A stretch of DNA of 64,000 nt from Candidatus Xenobia bacterium (GTDB lineage: Bacteria > Vulcanimicrobiota > Xenobia > Xenobiales > QWHO01). The notes beneath the pieces were generated by a model. The model made no database searches, had not been told where the DNA came from, and worked only from the letters and a program-made list of their open reading frames with translations. Made by a program: the position numbers and the translations under genes. How positions within the stretch are numbered: the first letter of the stretch is position 1; each line of letters starts with the position of its first letter. Location of the stretch: positions 17,543 through 81,542 of the forward strand of contig BTUM01000030.1 in NCBI GenBank assembly GCA_045863235.1. Reading direction: 5' to 3'. Shown here piece by piece: positions 45,650 through 61,238 of this stretch.

Positions 45650-47236
45650 ATGGGGGTTTGCGGCCGGACTTCTTTCCTGGTCCTGGTGTTGCTGCTGGGG
45701 CTGTCTGCCTGGGCGGCCCCCGATTGGGCCAGGGAGAAGAAGGCTGGCGACGAGGCCCTCAAGCGCAAGGACTACCCGACCGCCATCCGCATCTTCGAGC
45801 TGCTGACCCGCAGCTATCCCGAGAAAATCGATGGCTTCAACGCGCTGGGATTCGCCTACTTCATGTCGGGCGAGCACGAGAAAGCGGTCTACACTTTCCG
45901 GCAGGCCCTCCAGCTCAACCCGGGCAACCCCTCCGCCCAGCACAACCTGATTCTGGCCGTCACCGAGCAGGCCAATCAGGATTGTCGCGACCTGCAATTC
46001 ACCGAAGCCTACGGGCGGCTGCGGGCCATCCTGTCGAGCTATCCGAACCATCCGGAGGCTGCCAACGTCTACTTCCTGATGGGCAAGGTCCAGTTCTTGC
46101 GCGGCGACGAGGAGCAGGGCGTGTCCAACTGGCGCGAGGTTGCCCGCCGGGTGCCCGAGTCGGGTACCGCCCGTTTTCTCGCTGGCTACGATCAGGCTGC
46201 CAAAGGGGATCCATCGGCCGCCAGTCAGAGCTACCAGGTGGCTCTCAAGAAGCTGCCTCGGGAGAGCGTGTTCCGCAACTACTATGCCCTGACGCTGGCA
46301 CAAGCCGGCAAGCTCGAGCCGGCCATGGCCCAGCTGAGAACGGCCCTGAAGGATGCGGGGGACTTGCCCTATGTCGATCTGCGAATGAATCTGACCCGCC
46401 TGCTCCTCCAGGCCGGTCAGTTCGATCAGGCCGTGGTGCAATTGCGCGAGGCCCTGGTCCAGCGCCCCGACTATGGCATTCTCTCGCTCTGGGTGGCGGC
46501 CGTGCGCACCCAGTTGGGCGAGAGCGACGTCTCCAAAGACGTGGCTCTTGCCACGGCTCGCGACAGCCGCCCTGCCCTCTGGGTCTTCAGCGACCCGCCC
46601 GGCGCCCGGGTTAGCCTGGACGGCCGCCCGCTTGGCCCGACCCCCGCCGCCGCATTCGCCAGCGCCGGCAAGCACAAGCTGGTGGTGCGTGGAGCCGACA
46701 AGAAGGACCAGGTGCTGCAGGTCGACCTCCCCGAGGGCAGCCTGACCAGGGTTCAGGGAGCGGTGGGCAGCCTCACGGCCAGCACGCAGCCGATCTCCGA
46801 GCTGACCCAGGGCATGACGGCAGCCCCCGACTTCATTCTCAAGGACCGCTACAACAAGCGCTATCGGGTCATCCAGCATCTGCACAAGACCCCTATCGTG
46901 CTGCTTTTCTGGAAGGCCGGGACGGGCAACGACAAGCTACTCGACGATCTGGCTGGCCTGTGCGATCGCTACGAGATTCAGGGGGCGGCCATTCACGGCG
47001 ATCCGGCTCGGGCCAAGCAGGCCCATTCGGCTCTGCTCTCGCGTCCCTCGAATTTCGCCCAGCTCTTCGACGATGGACGGGTCTACGGGCTTTATGGCGC
47101 CAAAGGGGACGAGCCCCTGGTGGTGTTGATCAACGTGGACGGGTTCATCGCTCAAGAAGAGCGAGGCCAGGATCCGGTCTGGTCGCTGGAGCCAACCATC
47201 CGCCGCATGCTTGGACTGCCGGGAGACCGGCCCTAA
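45650..47236 (+). CDS. Secreted TPR + PEGA + thioredoxin-fold (no CxxC) protein
   Basis: Signal peptide, TPRs, PEGA (VFSDPPGARVSLDGRPLGPTP), and APDFILKD...PIVLLFWKAG...VLINVDG. Confidence 0.82.
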   Translation: MGVCGRTSFLVLVLLLGLSAWAAPDWAREKKAGDEALKRKDYPTAIRIFELLTRSYPEKIDGFNALGFAYFMSGEHEKAVYTFRQALQLNPGNPSAQHNLILAVTEQANQDCRDLQFTEAYGRLRAILSSYPNHPEAANVYFLMGKVQFLRGDEEQGVSNWREVARRVPESGTARFLAGYDQAAKGDPSAASQSYQVALKKLPRESVFRNYYALTLAQAGKLEPAMAQLRTALKDAGDLPYVDLRMNLTRLLLQAGQFDQAVVQLREALVQRPDYGILSLWVAAVRTQLGESDVSKDVALATARDSRPALWVFSDPPGARVSLDGRPLGPTPAAAFASAGKHKLVVRGADKKDQVLQVDLPEGSLTRVQGAVGSLTASTQPISELTQGMTAAPDFILKDRYNKRYRVIQHLHKTPIVLLFWKAGTGNDKLLDDLAGLCDRYEIQGAAIHGDPARAKQAHSALLSRPSNFAQLFDDGRVYGLYGAKGDEPLVVLINVDGFIAQEERGQDPVWSLEPTIRRMLGLPGDRP

Positions 47237-48315
47237 AGACCGCCAGCCGGGATCTCGTAGCCGCCGCCGCCTCCGCCCCCCCCTCCGCCTCCGGAGGGGT
47301 AGTAGCTCGGTCCCGGATCGTAGTAGCTGGGGCCAGGATCGTAGCTGGGCGCCTGGTAGACCGGCGCCGGCTCGGGCTTGAGGTAGACGGCCAGGTTGTG
47401 CTTGCCGGTGACTTTGACCTCCTTGACGTAGGGCTTGTAGCCCGGGGCCGTCACTTTGAGGGTGTACGTGCCGGTCGAGGTCGGGGATACCGAAGTCTTG
47501 CCTTTGAGGCGCTCCTTGCCCCGGTAGAGCAGAATTTCCGAGTCTTTGACGTTGCTCTTGACGCTGACGGACAGCACGCCTGCGGCCGGGGCGGGCAGGA
47601 CGGCCACCGTGTCGGGCGTGGGGGTAGCGGCCACCGGCCTGGTCGGCTTGACGTCAGGTGTTGGGCTGGAGTTCGGTGTGGCAGCCGGCTCGGTCGGCCT
47701 GGCATCCGGCGTGGCGGCAACCGGCTCGGTCGGCGTGGCGTCAGGAGTCGGGCTGGCAGCCGGCTCGGTCGGCGTGCTGTCCGGAGTGGCGGCGATCGGC
47801 TCGGTCGGCGTGGCATCCGGTGAGGCGGCCAGCGATGGGGTCGGCTCGGGGCTGTCTGCGGCCGCGGTAGGGCTGGCCTCGGGGGATGGCTCCTCGGTCG
47901 GGGTCGCGTCGGCCGGAGCTGGAGTGGGCTCGGTCAGCCCGGCCGAGGGCAGGTCGCTTCCGCCCCCGCTTCGAGCTCCCACCCAGAAAGCCAGCGCTCC
48001 TGCCAGAAGCAGCACGATGGTGATGACGATCGGCCCGGTCGGGCTCGAGCTGCGCTTCTTGCCCTTGCCGGCAATGGGAACCAGCTCGACGTGCCGGTCG
48101 GTCGGTCCGGGTCGCCCGGGAGGCAGAGATTTCCGCTCCAATCCAGGGCGCAAGCCCTCTTCGGAAGGCATGGGAGGGTAAGTGGGCTCGGGAGCCTCGG
48201 GCGCGGCCACGGCCACAGGAGCCGCGTCCGGCGTTTCCGACTCATCTTCATCGACCCTGAGCAGCTCATTGAAGCTGCGTCGCTTGTTCTGACTGCTATC
48301 GGCTTGTTCGTCCAC
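47233..48315 (-). CDS. Single-TM protein with Pro/Thr-rich stalk and PEGA-like domain
   Basis: TM IVITIVLLLAGALAFWVG, TPDATPTEPxAA repeats, GTYTLKVTAPGYKPY and a Gly/Tyr-rich tail. Confidence 0.78.
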   Translation of the reverse strand: MDEQADSSQNKRRSFNELLRVDEDESETPDAAPVAVAAPEAPEPTYPPMPSEEGLRPGLERKSLPPGRPGPTDRHVELVPIAGKGKKRSSSPTGPIVITIVLLLAGALAFWVGARSGGGSDLPSAGLTEPTPAPADATPTEEPSPEASPTAAADSPEPTPSLAASPDATPTEPIAATPDSTPTEPAASPTPDATPTEPVAATPDARPTEPAATPNSSPTPDVKPTRPVAATPTPDTVAVLPAPAAGVLSVSVKSNVKDSEILLYRGKERLKGKTSVSPTSTGTYTLKVTAPGYKPYVKEVKVTGKHNLAVYLKPEPAPVYQAPSYDPGPSYYDPGPSYYPSGGGGGGGGGGGYEIPAGGL

Positions 48316-48432
48316 AAAACCCCCGGAAACCGCCAGAGGCGGGGCTTATAGTCCTTGTACTCTCAGAGAGCCTCATTCTCCTGTCAAGTCGGCAGGAAAT
48401 CCCAACTTCTTCCGCCAACCGGCCGCGGCGCG

Positions 48433-49551
48433 ATGACTTCTCGATTTTCTGCTCTGGTTCCCGACTTTCTGGAGAGCCTCGTCCCCTATCAGGCTGGCAA
48501 GCCGATCGCCGAGGTGCAAAGGGAGTACGGTCTCGAGCGGGTGATCAAGCTGGCCTCCAACGAGAATCCGCTGGGGGCGTCCCCCCTGGCGCTGGCGGCG
48601 GTTCAAGAGGCCTTATCCCAGGTCGCTCGCTATCCCGATGCCGCGGCGCGTGACCTGCGCGGGATCCTGGCTCAGCGCTACCGGCTCTCCACCGAGAACG
48701 TCATCGTGGGGAACGGGTCCGAGGGGATCATGGCCTGCATCGTGCGGGCCTTTTTGCACGGTGCCGACGAGGTGATCACCGCCCGCGGCACCTTCATGGG
48801 GTTCACCGTCCTCTGCCGCACCCGCGGCATCGAGCCCATCATGGTTCCGCTCAAAGACTACCGTTTCGATCTGGAGGCGATGGCCGACCAGATCACCCCT
48901 CGCACCAAGCTCATCTATCTGTGCAACCCCAACAATCCGACCGGCACCATCTTCACCCGCGACGAGTTTGATCAGTTCATGGCCCGAGTGCCCGAGCGGG
49001 TGCTCGTCATCCTGGACGAAGCCTATTACGAGTTTGCCAGTCACCGCCTCGATTTTCCCGATTCCATGGACTACCGCCACGACAATGTGATCACCCTGCG
49101 CACTTTCTCCAAAGCCTACGGCCTGGCCGGCTTCCGGGTTGGCTACGGGTTCGGTCACGACCACTTGATCCGCCATCTGTGGAAGGTCAAGTTGCCCTTC
49201 GAGCCGGCCGTGCTCGGTCAGCGGGCCGGGATCGCGGCCCTGGGGGATACCGAGTTTCTCAGGCGCACGGTCGAGCTGACCCACAAAGGCCTGGACTATC
49301 TTTATGGCGAGCTCGAGAGCATGGGTCTGTTCCATGTTCGGTCGGTGGCCAATTTCGTGCTGGTGCAGCTCTCTTCGCGCGAAGAAGTTCAGCATGTCTT
49401 CCAAAAGCTGCTCGAGCGGGGGCTGATCGTTCGGCCGCTGACCCAGTACAGCATGGCTGATTGCCTGAGGATCACCGTGGGACTTCCCGAGGAGAACGAG
49501 CTCTGCATGCGGGCTCTGCGCCATGTGCTGACAAATGAAAAAGCACCCTGA
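48433..49551 (+). CDS. hisC: Histidinol-phosphate aminotransferase
   Basis: YQAGKP, IKLASNENPLG, CNPNNPTG, DEAYYEF and RTFSKAYGLAGFRVG. Confidence 0.94.
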   Translation: MTSRFSALVPDFLESLVPYQAGKPIAEVQREYGLERVIKLASNENPLGASPLALAAVQEALSQVARYPDAAARDLRGILAQRYRLSTENVIVGNGSEGIMACIVRAFLHGADEVITARGTFMGFTVLCRTRGIEPIMVPLKDYRFDLEAMADQITPRTKLIYLCNPNNPTGTIFTRDEFDQFMARVPERVLVILDEAYYEFASHRLDFPDSMDYRHDNVITLRTFSKAYGLAGFRVGYGFGHDHLIRHLWKVKLPFEPAVLGQRAGIAALGDTEFLRRTVELTHKGLDYLYGELESMGLFHVRSVANFVLVQLSSREEVQHVFQKLLERGLIVRPLTQYSMADCLRITVGLPEENELCMRALRHVLTNEKAP

Positions 49552-49563
49552 CGGGTGCTTTTC
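49537..49563. terminator. Bidirectional intrinsic terminator between hisC and carD
   Basis: AAAAGCACCC-TGAC-GGGTGCTTTT between convergent genes. Confidence 0.8.
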
Positions 49564-49583
49564 GCTACCTCGGACAGGGTTTC

Positions 49584-50078
49584 TCAGGCGGAAACGAGCT
49601 CCTCGACGCGGCAGGCGTTGTCGATGGAGAGCTCCATCTCTTCTGCGCTCTTGCCCAGCACCTGGCTCATCTCAGACGAGAGAATGCCGCGCGCTTGCTT
49701 GAGCATCGCCAGTTCCTTGGGGGAGAGCTTCTTGACGCGGGAGAGGTCCATCAGGTCCTTGACCACTTCGGCCAGTTGGAACACGTCCGCGCTCTTGACC
49801 TTGCGCAGGTTGATGGCGTAGCGCTCAGCCGACTTGGAGGGCATCTCGCAGCTGAAGCCGGTCATGTACTCCATGATTTTCGGCACGTCCGCGGCCTCGG
49901 TCAGAGGGCGAATCATGTTGTTCCTCTGGTCGACATTGACCATGATCTTGAGCCGATCATTCTGGAACGAGATGACGGAAAAACGGGCGATCTGCCCGAG
50001 GATATCTTTCTCTTCAATGGTCTCGACGGTTCCCAGACCGTGCAGAGCGTGAATCACCTTGCTGCCAACGCTATACAT
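49584..50078 (-). CDS. carD: CarD family transcriptional regulator
   Basis: YSVGSKVIHALHGLGTVETIEEK, IRPL, LAEVVKDL and LKQARGILSSE. Confidence 0.88.
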   Translation of the reverse strand: MYSVGSKVIHALHGLGTVETIEEKDILGQIARFSVISFQNDRLKIMVNVDQRNNMIRPLTEAADVPKIMEYMTGFSCEMPSKSAERYAINLRKVKSADVFQLAEVVKDLMDLSRVKKLSPKELAMLKQARGILSSEMSQVLGKSAEEMELSIDNACRVEELVSA

Positions 50079-50162
50079 CCTTACTCCTTCGCACCACTAG
50101 AATCGCTTGTGGGCTTTACCTCTATCTGTCGACCTCATCTTAGTGCCCGGGCAGGTCGAGTG

Positions 50163-50220
50163 TGTTACAACGCTGTGACAGTCCAACCATGCCTGAAAGG
50201 CTTCTGAAAAAAACCTGAGA
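50163..50220 (-). promoter_or_regulatory. 11-bp-period direct repeats upstream of carD
   Basis: TGTTACA/TGTGACA at 50163 and 50174; CTGAAA/CTGAAA/CTGAGA at 50193, 50204 and 50215. Confidence 0.5.
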
Positions 50221-50244
50221 ACCCCATTGTGGGGCCAGTCTGGC

Positions 50245-51249
50245 TCACCCCCGTCGCCGCTGCAGACCCTGCCGCGAGCAAAGTTGCATGAGCAACAGCT
50301 GCATGACCATCCGTCCGTCGCTTCCGGTCTTGAGGCGCAGATCGGCCCTGAGCAGAGACTCGAAGGCGGTGCTCAGATCGCGGGAAGTCCAGGTGGCTGC
50401 CTCCTGGACCTGCTTTTTGAGCTGGAACTCTTTCTTGGCCGGAAAGGCGGCCTTGAGCGCCGCCTGGCTGTGGGAGAGATGGGCCACCTGGGCCATGGAG
50501 TTGCAGTAGCTGTTGAGATAGCTCAGAAGGCCGATGGGACTGTCGTCGTCGGCCATCAACCGGTCGAGCACCTCGATGGACTCCTTCAGGCTTCCCTGCC
50601 CGATGGCGGCCGTGAGCCGCCAGATCTGGACACTGGCCGAGAACGGGACCATCTCTCTCACCATGGAGCGGGTCACCGGCTCGGCTCCGGCATAGAGGGC
50701 CAGCCGGGTGACGTGGCTCTCCAGCAATCTCAGCTCATCGCCAACTCGGGTCAGCAACTCCTGCTGGGCATCATTCTCGAAGCGAGCTTTGTGGAGCTTG
50801 AGGCGGGAGCGCAGCCAGGCGGGTCGATCCGACTCGCTCACCTCGGCCTGAACCGTGACGCCCAGCCGGGCAGCAGCCGACAGCAGGCTCTCTTTCTTGG
50901 GCAGGCTGGCTGCCGTCAAGACCGTTACCACGCCTGGATCGCGGGCCGACTGCTCGAGCCCGGCCACGGCCGCCTGGGCAACCGGCGGGGCCAGCTCGTC
51001 CGCTCCGCGCAGCTCGAGCAGGCGAACCGAGGCCAGCATGGGCAGCTCGGCCAGCGCATCCAGGACGACCCCCGATTTCATGGTCTTGGAGCAGCGGAGC
51101 ACGCGGTGATTGAACTCGGCCAGCCCGGGCTCGAGCGTGTGGGCGCGCAGGTGATCCAGGGCCAGATCGACCAGAAACTCGTCTTTTCCCAGCACCAGGT
51201 AGACGGAAGACCGGGGAGGCTCGGCTCCCAGCAGCTCGAGCAGGTTCAA
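50245..51249 (-). CDS. holA: DNA polymerase III delta subunit
   Basis: VYLVLGKDEFL, EFNH, ELPMLASVRL, GDELRLLESHVTRLALY and ADLRLKTG. Confidence 0.88.
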   Translation of the reverse strand: MNLLELLGAEPPRSSVYLVLGKDEFLVDLALDHLRAHTLEPGLAEFNHRVLRCSKTMKSGVVLDALAELPMLASVRLLELRGADELAPPVAQAAVAGLEQSARDPGVVTVLTAASLPKKESLLSAAARLGVTVQAEVSESDRPAWLRSRLKLHKARFENDAQQELLTRVGDELRLLESHVTRLALYAGAEPVTRSMVREMVPFSASVQIWRLTAAIGQGSLKESIEVLDRLMADDDSPIGLLSYLNSYCNSMAQVAHLSHSQAALKAAFPAKKEFQLKKQVQEAATWTSRDLSTAFESLLRADLRLKTGSDGRMVMQLLLMQLCSRQGLQRRRG

Positions 51250-52277
51250 GGCTGACTGGCCACCCGGGAGAGGGTGGGCGAGAAGGGGGGGCGATGGACT
51301 CCTTGCTCGGTAATGATGGCCGTGACCAGCTCGGCCGGGGTCACATCGAAAGCCGGATTGAAGACCTTCACCCCGGAGGCGGCCACGGGCTGGCCCGACA
51401 GGTGGGTGACTTCGCGGCTGTCGCGCTGCTCGATGGGAATGTCACGGCCGGACTCGATGGCCAGGTCGATGGTGGAGCGAGGCGCGGCCACGTAGAACGG
51501 GATGTTGTGCTGACGGCAGAGGACAGCCAGCGTGTAGGTGCCGATCTTGTTGGCCACGTCTCCGCGCGAGGTGATCCGGTCGGAGCCGACCACGACCAGG
51601 TCGACCTGGCCCTGCTGCATGAGGTGCCCGGCCGCGCTATCGCAGAGCAGGGTGGCCGGAATGCCCTCGTGGGCGAGCTCCCAGGCGGTCAGGCGGGCAC
51701 CCTGCAAGAAGGGACGGGTCTCGTCCACCCAGACATGGATGGACTTGCCCTGATGGTGAGCGGCTCGGATGACGCCCAGGGCCGTGCCGTAATCGCCGGT
51801 GGCCAGTGCTCCGGCGTTGCAGTGGGTGAGGATGCGGGCACCAGCAGGCACCAGCTCGGCCCCGTGACGGCCCATGGCCCGGCACATGGCCTCGTCCTCG
51901 GCAGCGATGGCCTGGGCTTCCCGGACCAGTCGCTCGCGAAGCTCGGCCAGGCTCGTCGCTTCCTCGGCCACTTCGTTCATACGCCGGATGGCCCAGAACA
52001 AGTTGACCGCCGTTGGCCGGGTGGCGGCCAGCTCGGCGGAAACTTCGGCCAGCTCTGCCCGCACGGCCTCCAGGGAGTCTCGCTTCGAGTGCAGGGCTGA
52101 CAGGGCCATCCCGTAGGCGGCCGTGATCCCGATGGCGGGGGCCCCGCGAATCTGCATGCTGCGGATGGCCACGGCTGCCTCGGGGCCGCTGCGAATCTCG
52201 CGCCACACCTCCTCCAGCGGAAGCCGGGTCTGGTCGATCAGGCGGGCGCTCTGACCCTCGAAAAGAATTGGTTTCAC
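51246..52277 (-). CDS. mtnA: S-methyl-5-thioribose-1-phosphate isomerase
   Basis: IDQTRLP, IRGAPAIG, RPTAVNL, THCNAGALAT, ETRP, ANKIGT and NPAFDVTP. GTG start inferred. Confidence 0.95.
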   Translation of the reverse strand: MKPILFEGQSARLIDQTRLPLEEVWREIRSGPEAAVAIRSMQIRGAPAIGITAAYGMALSALHSKRDSLEAVRAELAEVSAELAATRPTAVNLFWAIRRMNEVAEEATSLAELRERLVREAQAIAAEDEAMCRAMGRHGAELVPAGARILTHCNAGALATGDYGTALGVIRAAHHQGKSIHVWVDETRPFLQGARLTAWELAHEGIPATLLCDSAAGHLMQQGQVDLVVVGSDRITSRGDVANKIGTYTLAVLCRQHNIPFYVAAPRSTIDLAIESGRDIPIEQRDSREVTHLSGQPVAASGVKVFNPAFDVTPAELVTAIITEQGVHRPPFSPTLSRVASQP

Positions 52278-52361
52278 TGCCAGGTTCCTCGTGTTTTGAG
52301 CGTTTCTTGCTGAAGGTTTTGCCGCCTCCATGTCTGTCGGCGCAAGTTCCAGCGGCGAATG

Positions 52362-52889
52362 TCAGGGTTCGTCGAGCTCGCGCTCGAGCAGACCGAGCAG
52401 CGTGACGTTCCACCACTTGCCTTCCGCGTAGTGGGACTCACGCTCGATTCCCTCGGACTTGAAGCCCACCTTCTCGAAGATGCGCCGGGCTCGCTCGTTG
52501 TGCTCGAGCACGCGGGCTTCCAGGCGATGCATTCTGAGCTCCTCAAAGGCAAACTTGCACAGGGTGTAGACCGCGTCGCTGCCGATGCCCTTGCCCCAGA
52601 AGGAGCGCTCTCCGACCAGGACACCCACCTCGGCTCGGCCCACCCGCACTTCCATGTCGGCCAGCTCGATGTTGCCCAGATACTCGCCGTCCAGGCTCTT
52701 GATGGCGAAGATCTGAGTGCTGGGGCTGGTGGTGGAGGTCTCGTACCAACGCTCCACCTCCCAGACCGACTTCGGCAGCGGGTTCATGCCGGCCAGACGG
52801 ATCAGCTCCCGGTCGTTGGCCCACTGGTAGTTCTTCAGGAGATCGTGGCGTTCCACGCTCCAGAGGCGGATCAGCTTGCCTTGAATCAC
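52362..52889 (-). CDS. GNAT (RimJ/RimL-like) N-acetyltransferase
   Basis: AEVGVLVGE, FWGKGIGSDA and NERARRIFEKVGFKSEG. Start uncertain. Confidence 0.88.
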   Translation of the reverse strand: MIQGKLIRLWSVERHDLLKNYQWANDRELIRLAGMNPLPKSVWEVERWYETSTTSPSTQIFAIKSLDGEYLGNIELADMEVRVGRAEVGVLVGERSFWGKGIGSDAVYTLCKFAFEELRMHRLEARVLEHNERARRIFEKVGFKSEGIERESHYAEGKWWNVTLLGLLERELDEP

Positions 52890-53132
52890 TCCCGGCCTTT
52901 CGAGCAGCCTGCTGAAACGCCTCCAGGCTTTGAGGGAAGGAGGATCCTTGGCTTTCATGGAAACAGGCAGAGCGTTGGAGGCGCGCGGTTTGAAGGCAGG
53001 AAGGGATCCGTCGGACTCGAAACTGGCGACACGGATACGATTCACTCCAGAGCCCCGGTTCGAGGATTGAGCCGAGTCAGGGCTCATTCGTAGTTTCCCG
53101 CAATCTAGAGGAGAGAGCAGAAAAGCGGAAAA

Positions 53133-59507
<6,375 letters not shown>

Positions 59508-59620
59508 GCTACGCTCTCAGAGCTCAGCGTTATGTTTCGATCAGGAACTGGGCGCATAACGTTCAGGCTCCACTTCGGCTACTTCGATACCACGACCGGG
59601 CGCGGACCGTGCCGTAGGCC

Positions 59621-60337
59621 TCAGCTAAAGTCGAACAGCAAACTGGAGCCGCTGTCCTTGCGCAGACAGCGCACCCTGGCCTGCAGCTTGCCCTGACGGC
59701 CCTGCAGGTAGTAACTGGCCCCTTCTTCCCCGACACTGGCAAAATCCGGAGCGCCATTCACAGCAACCGGCTCGAGCAGATCAGCGGCCGGCCTTCCCTG
59801 GGCTTCCTTCGGACTCCAGCCGGTGTTCTGGGCCAGGGTCTGGTTCCAACGCTCGATGCGGCCTGAAGAATCAAGCAGGGCAACCCCTACCGGAACCTCG
59901 TCGAGCACGCTCTCGAAGCGGGCCAGATTCTCTTTGAGCGCATCGTGGCGAGACTTGAGGCGTAGCAGGGAACGAATCCTGGCCAGCAACTCCTGCGGCT
60001 TGAAAGGCTTGGTGATGTAAGCGTGGGCTCCGGCATCCAGGCCGTTGACCACGTCCTGGATTTCGCACTGGACCGTCAGAAAGATGACCGGGATGTCGCA
60101 CAGATCGGGGTCGGCCTTCAACTCGCGACAGACTTCGTAACCGGACATCGCGGGCATGACAGCGTCAAGGACGATCACATCAGGACCATGTCGACGGGCC
60201 ATCTCGAGGCCCTCTTCCCCGTTTTTCGCTTGCAGCACGCTGCAGCTTTCCAGGGTCTCGATCCAGCCGGTCAGAAGCTCCCGAATGTGCTCTTCGTCGT
60301 CAACAATCAAGACGGTGCCAGAGTGGCTTTCTTGCAT
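59621..60337 (-). CDS. Response regulator receiver + PAS-like domain protein
   Basis: VLIVDDE, LDAVMP and YITKPF, then SVLDEVPVGVALLDSSGRIERWN...GWSPKEAQGR. Confidence 0.9.
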   Translation of the reverse strand: MQESHSGTVLIVDDEEHIRELLTGWIETLESCSVLQAKNGEEGLEMARRHGPDVIVLDAVMPAMSGYEVCRELKADPDLCDIPVIFLTVQCEIQDVVNGLDAGAHAYITKPFKPQELLARIRSLLRLKSRHDALKENLARFESVLDEVPVGVALLDSSGRIERWNQTLAQNTGWSPKEAQGRPAADLLEPVAVNGAPDFASVGEEGASYYLQGRQGKLQARVRCLRKDSGSSLLFDFS

Positions 60338-60419
60338 GACCGGTGCTGCACGCTTCGGGCCGCCCGGTGCCTGTCCCTGCCCGGAAGGCCTGGAGGCCCT
60401 CGAGGTTGAATATTATTCT

Positions 60420-61238
60420 ATGCCAAGCAAGACAGGAAAACTCTCCCCTCGTAACCAGCTCAACGAACTGACCGGGACCGAGTGGATCCGCTTTACGCGC
60501 TCCTGGTTCGTGGTCAACCCGCCGCGCCGCTCCAAAGCAGAGGTCCAGCACCCGGCTAAGTTTCCCGAGCAGCTGGTGGAGTCATTCATCAGCTTCTTCA
60601 CACGCCCTGGCCAGTGGGTGCTCGACCCCTTCGCGGGGGTTGGCTCCAGTCTGCTGGCAGCGCGCAGCCTGGGCCGGCGGGCCCTGGGGGTTGAGCTCAG
60701 CCCTCGCTACTACTCCCTCGCCCGCGAGCAGCTCGGAGACGATGGCGCTGAATTGAGACTCGTGCAGGGTGACGCTCGCAGCATCCCCAAGCTTGGCTTT
60801 CCCACAGTCGACTTCGTGATCACCTCCCCACCTTACTGGGACATGCTGGCCCACAGCCGGGGGAACGTTCAGAGCGTGCACAAGCGACGCCAGGCCGCGG
60901 GACTGGACGTTACCTATTCTGAGCGCCCGGAGGATCTGGGAAATCTCACCGACTACGACGGATTTCTCAAGCAGCTCACGGGAATCTTCCAGGGAGTTGC
61001 CTCCGTGCTCAAGAAGGGAGGCTATCTGGTTGTCGTGCTCCAGAATCTGCGCTCTCCCGAGGGACGCATGGTGCCTCTGGCGTGGGACCTGGCCCGCGAG
61101 TTGGATCGCTTTCTGGTGTTCAAGGGTGAGCGGGTCTGGTGCCAGGATAACAAACCCCTCGGGATCTGGGGCTATCCTTCCGAGTTCGTGAGCAACGTGC
61201 ATCACCATTACTGCCTGATATTCAAGAAGTGGGACTGA
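60420..61238 (+). CDS. Orphan amino-DNA methyltransferase (probably N4-cytosine)
   Basis: HPAKFP, VLDPFAGVGS (motif I) preceding ITSPPYW (motif IV), and LKKGGYL. Confidence 0.85.
   Translation: MPSKTGKLSPRNQLNELTGTEWIRFTRSWFVVNPPRRSKAEVQHPAKFPEQLVESFISFFTRPGQWVLDPFAGVGSSLLAARSLGRRALGVELSPRYYSLAREQLGDDGAELRLVQGDARSIPKLGFPTVDFVITSPPYWDMLAHSRGNVQSVHKRRQAAGLDVTYSERPEDLGNLTDYDGFLKQLTGIFQGVASVLKKGGYLVVVLQNLRSPEGRMVPLAWDLARELDRFLVFKGERVWCQDNKPLGIWGYPSEFVSNVHHHYCLIFKKWD

Noticed and set aside
59508..59620. Integron attC site (CGTTATG...CATAACG inverted repeat)
   Set aside because: The core sites are in the wrong order for attC, and there is no integrase or cassette array.
60420..61238. Restriction-modification system
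   Set aside because: No endonuclease or specificity gene is adjacent.
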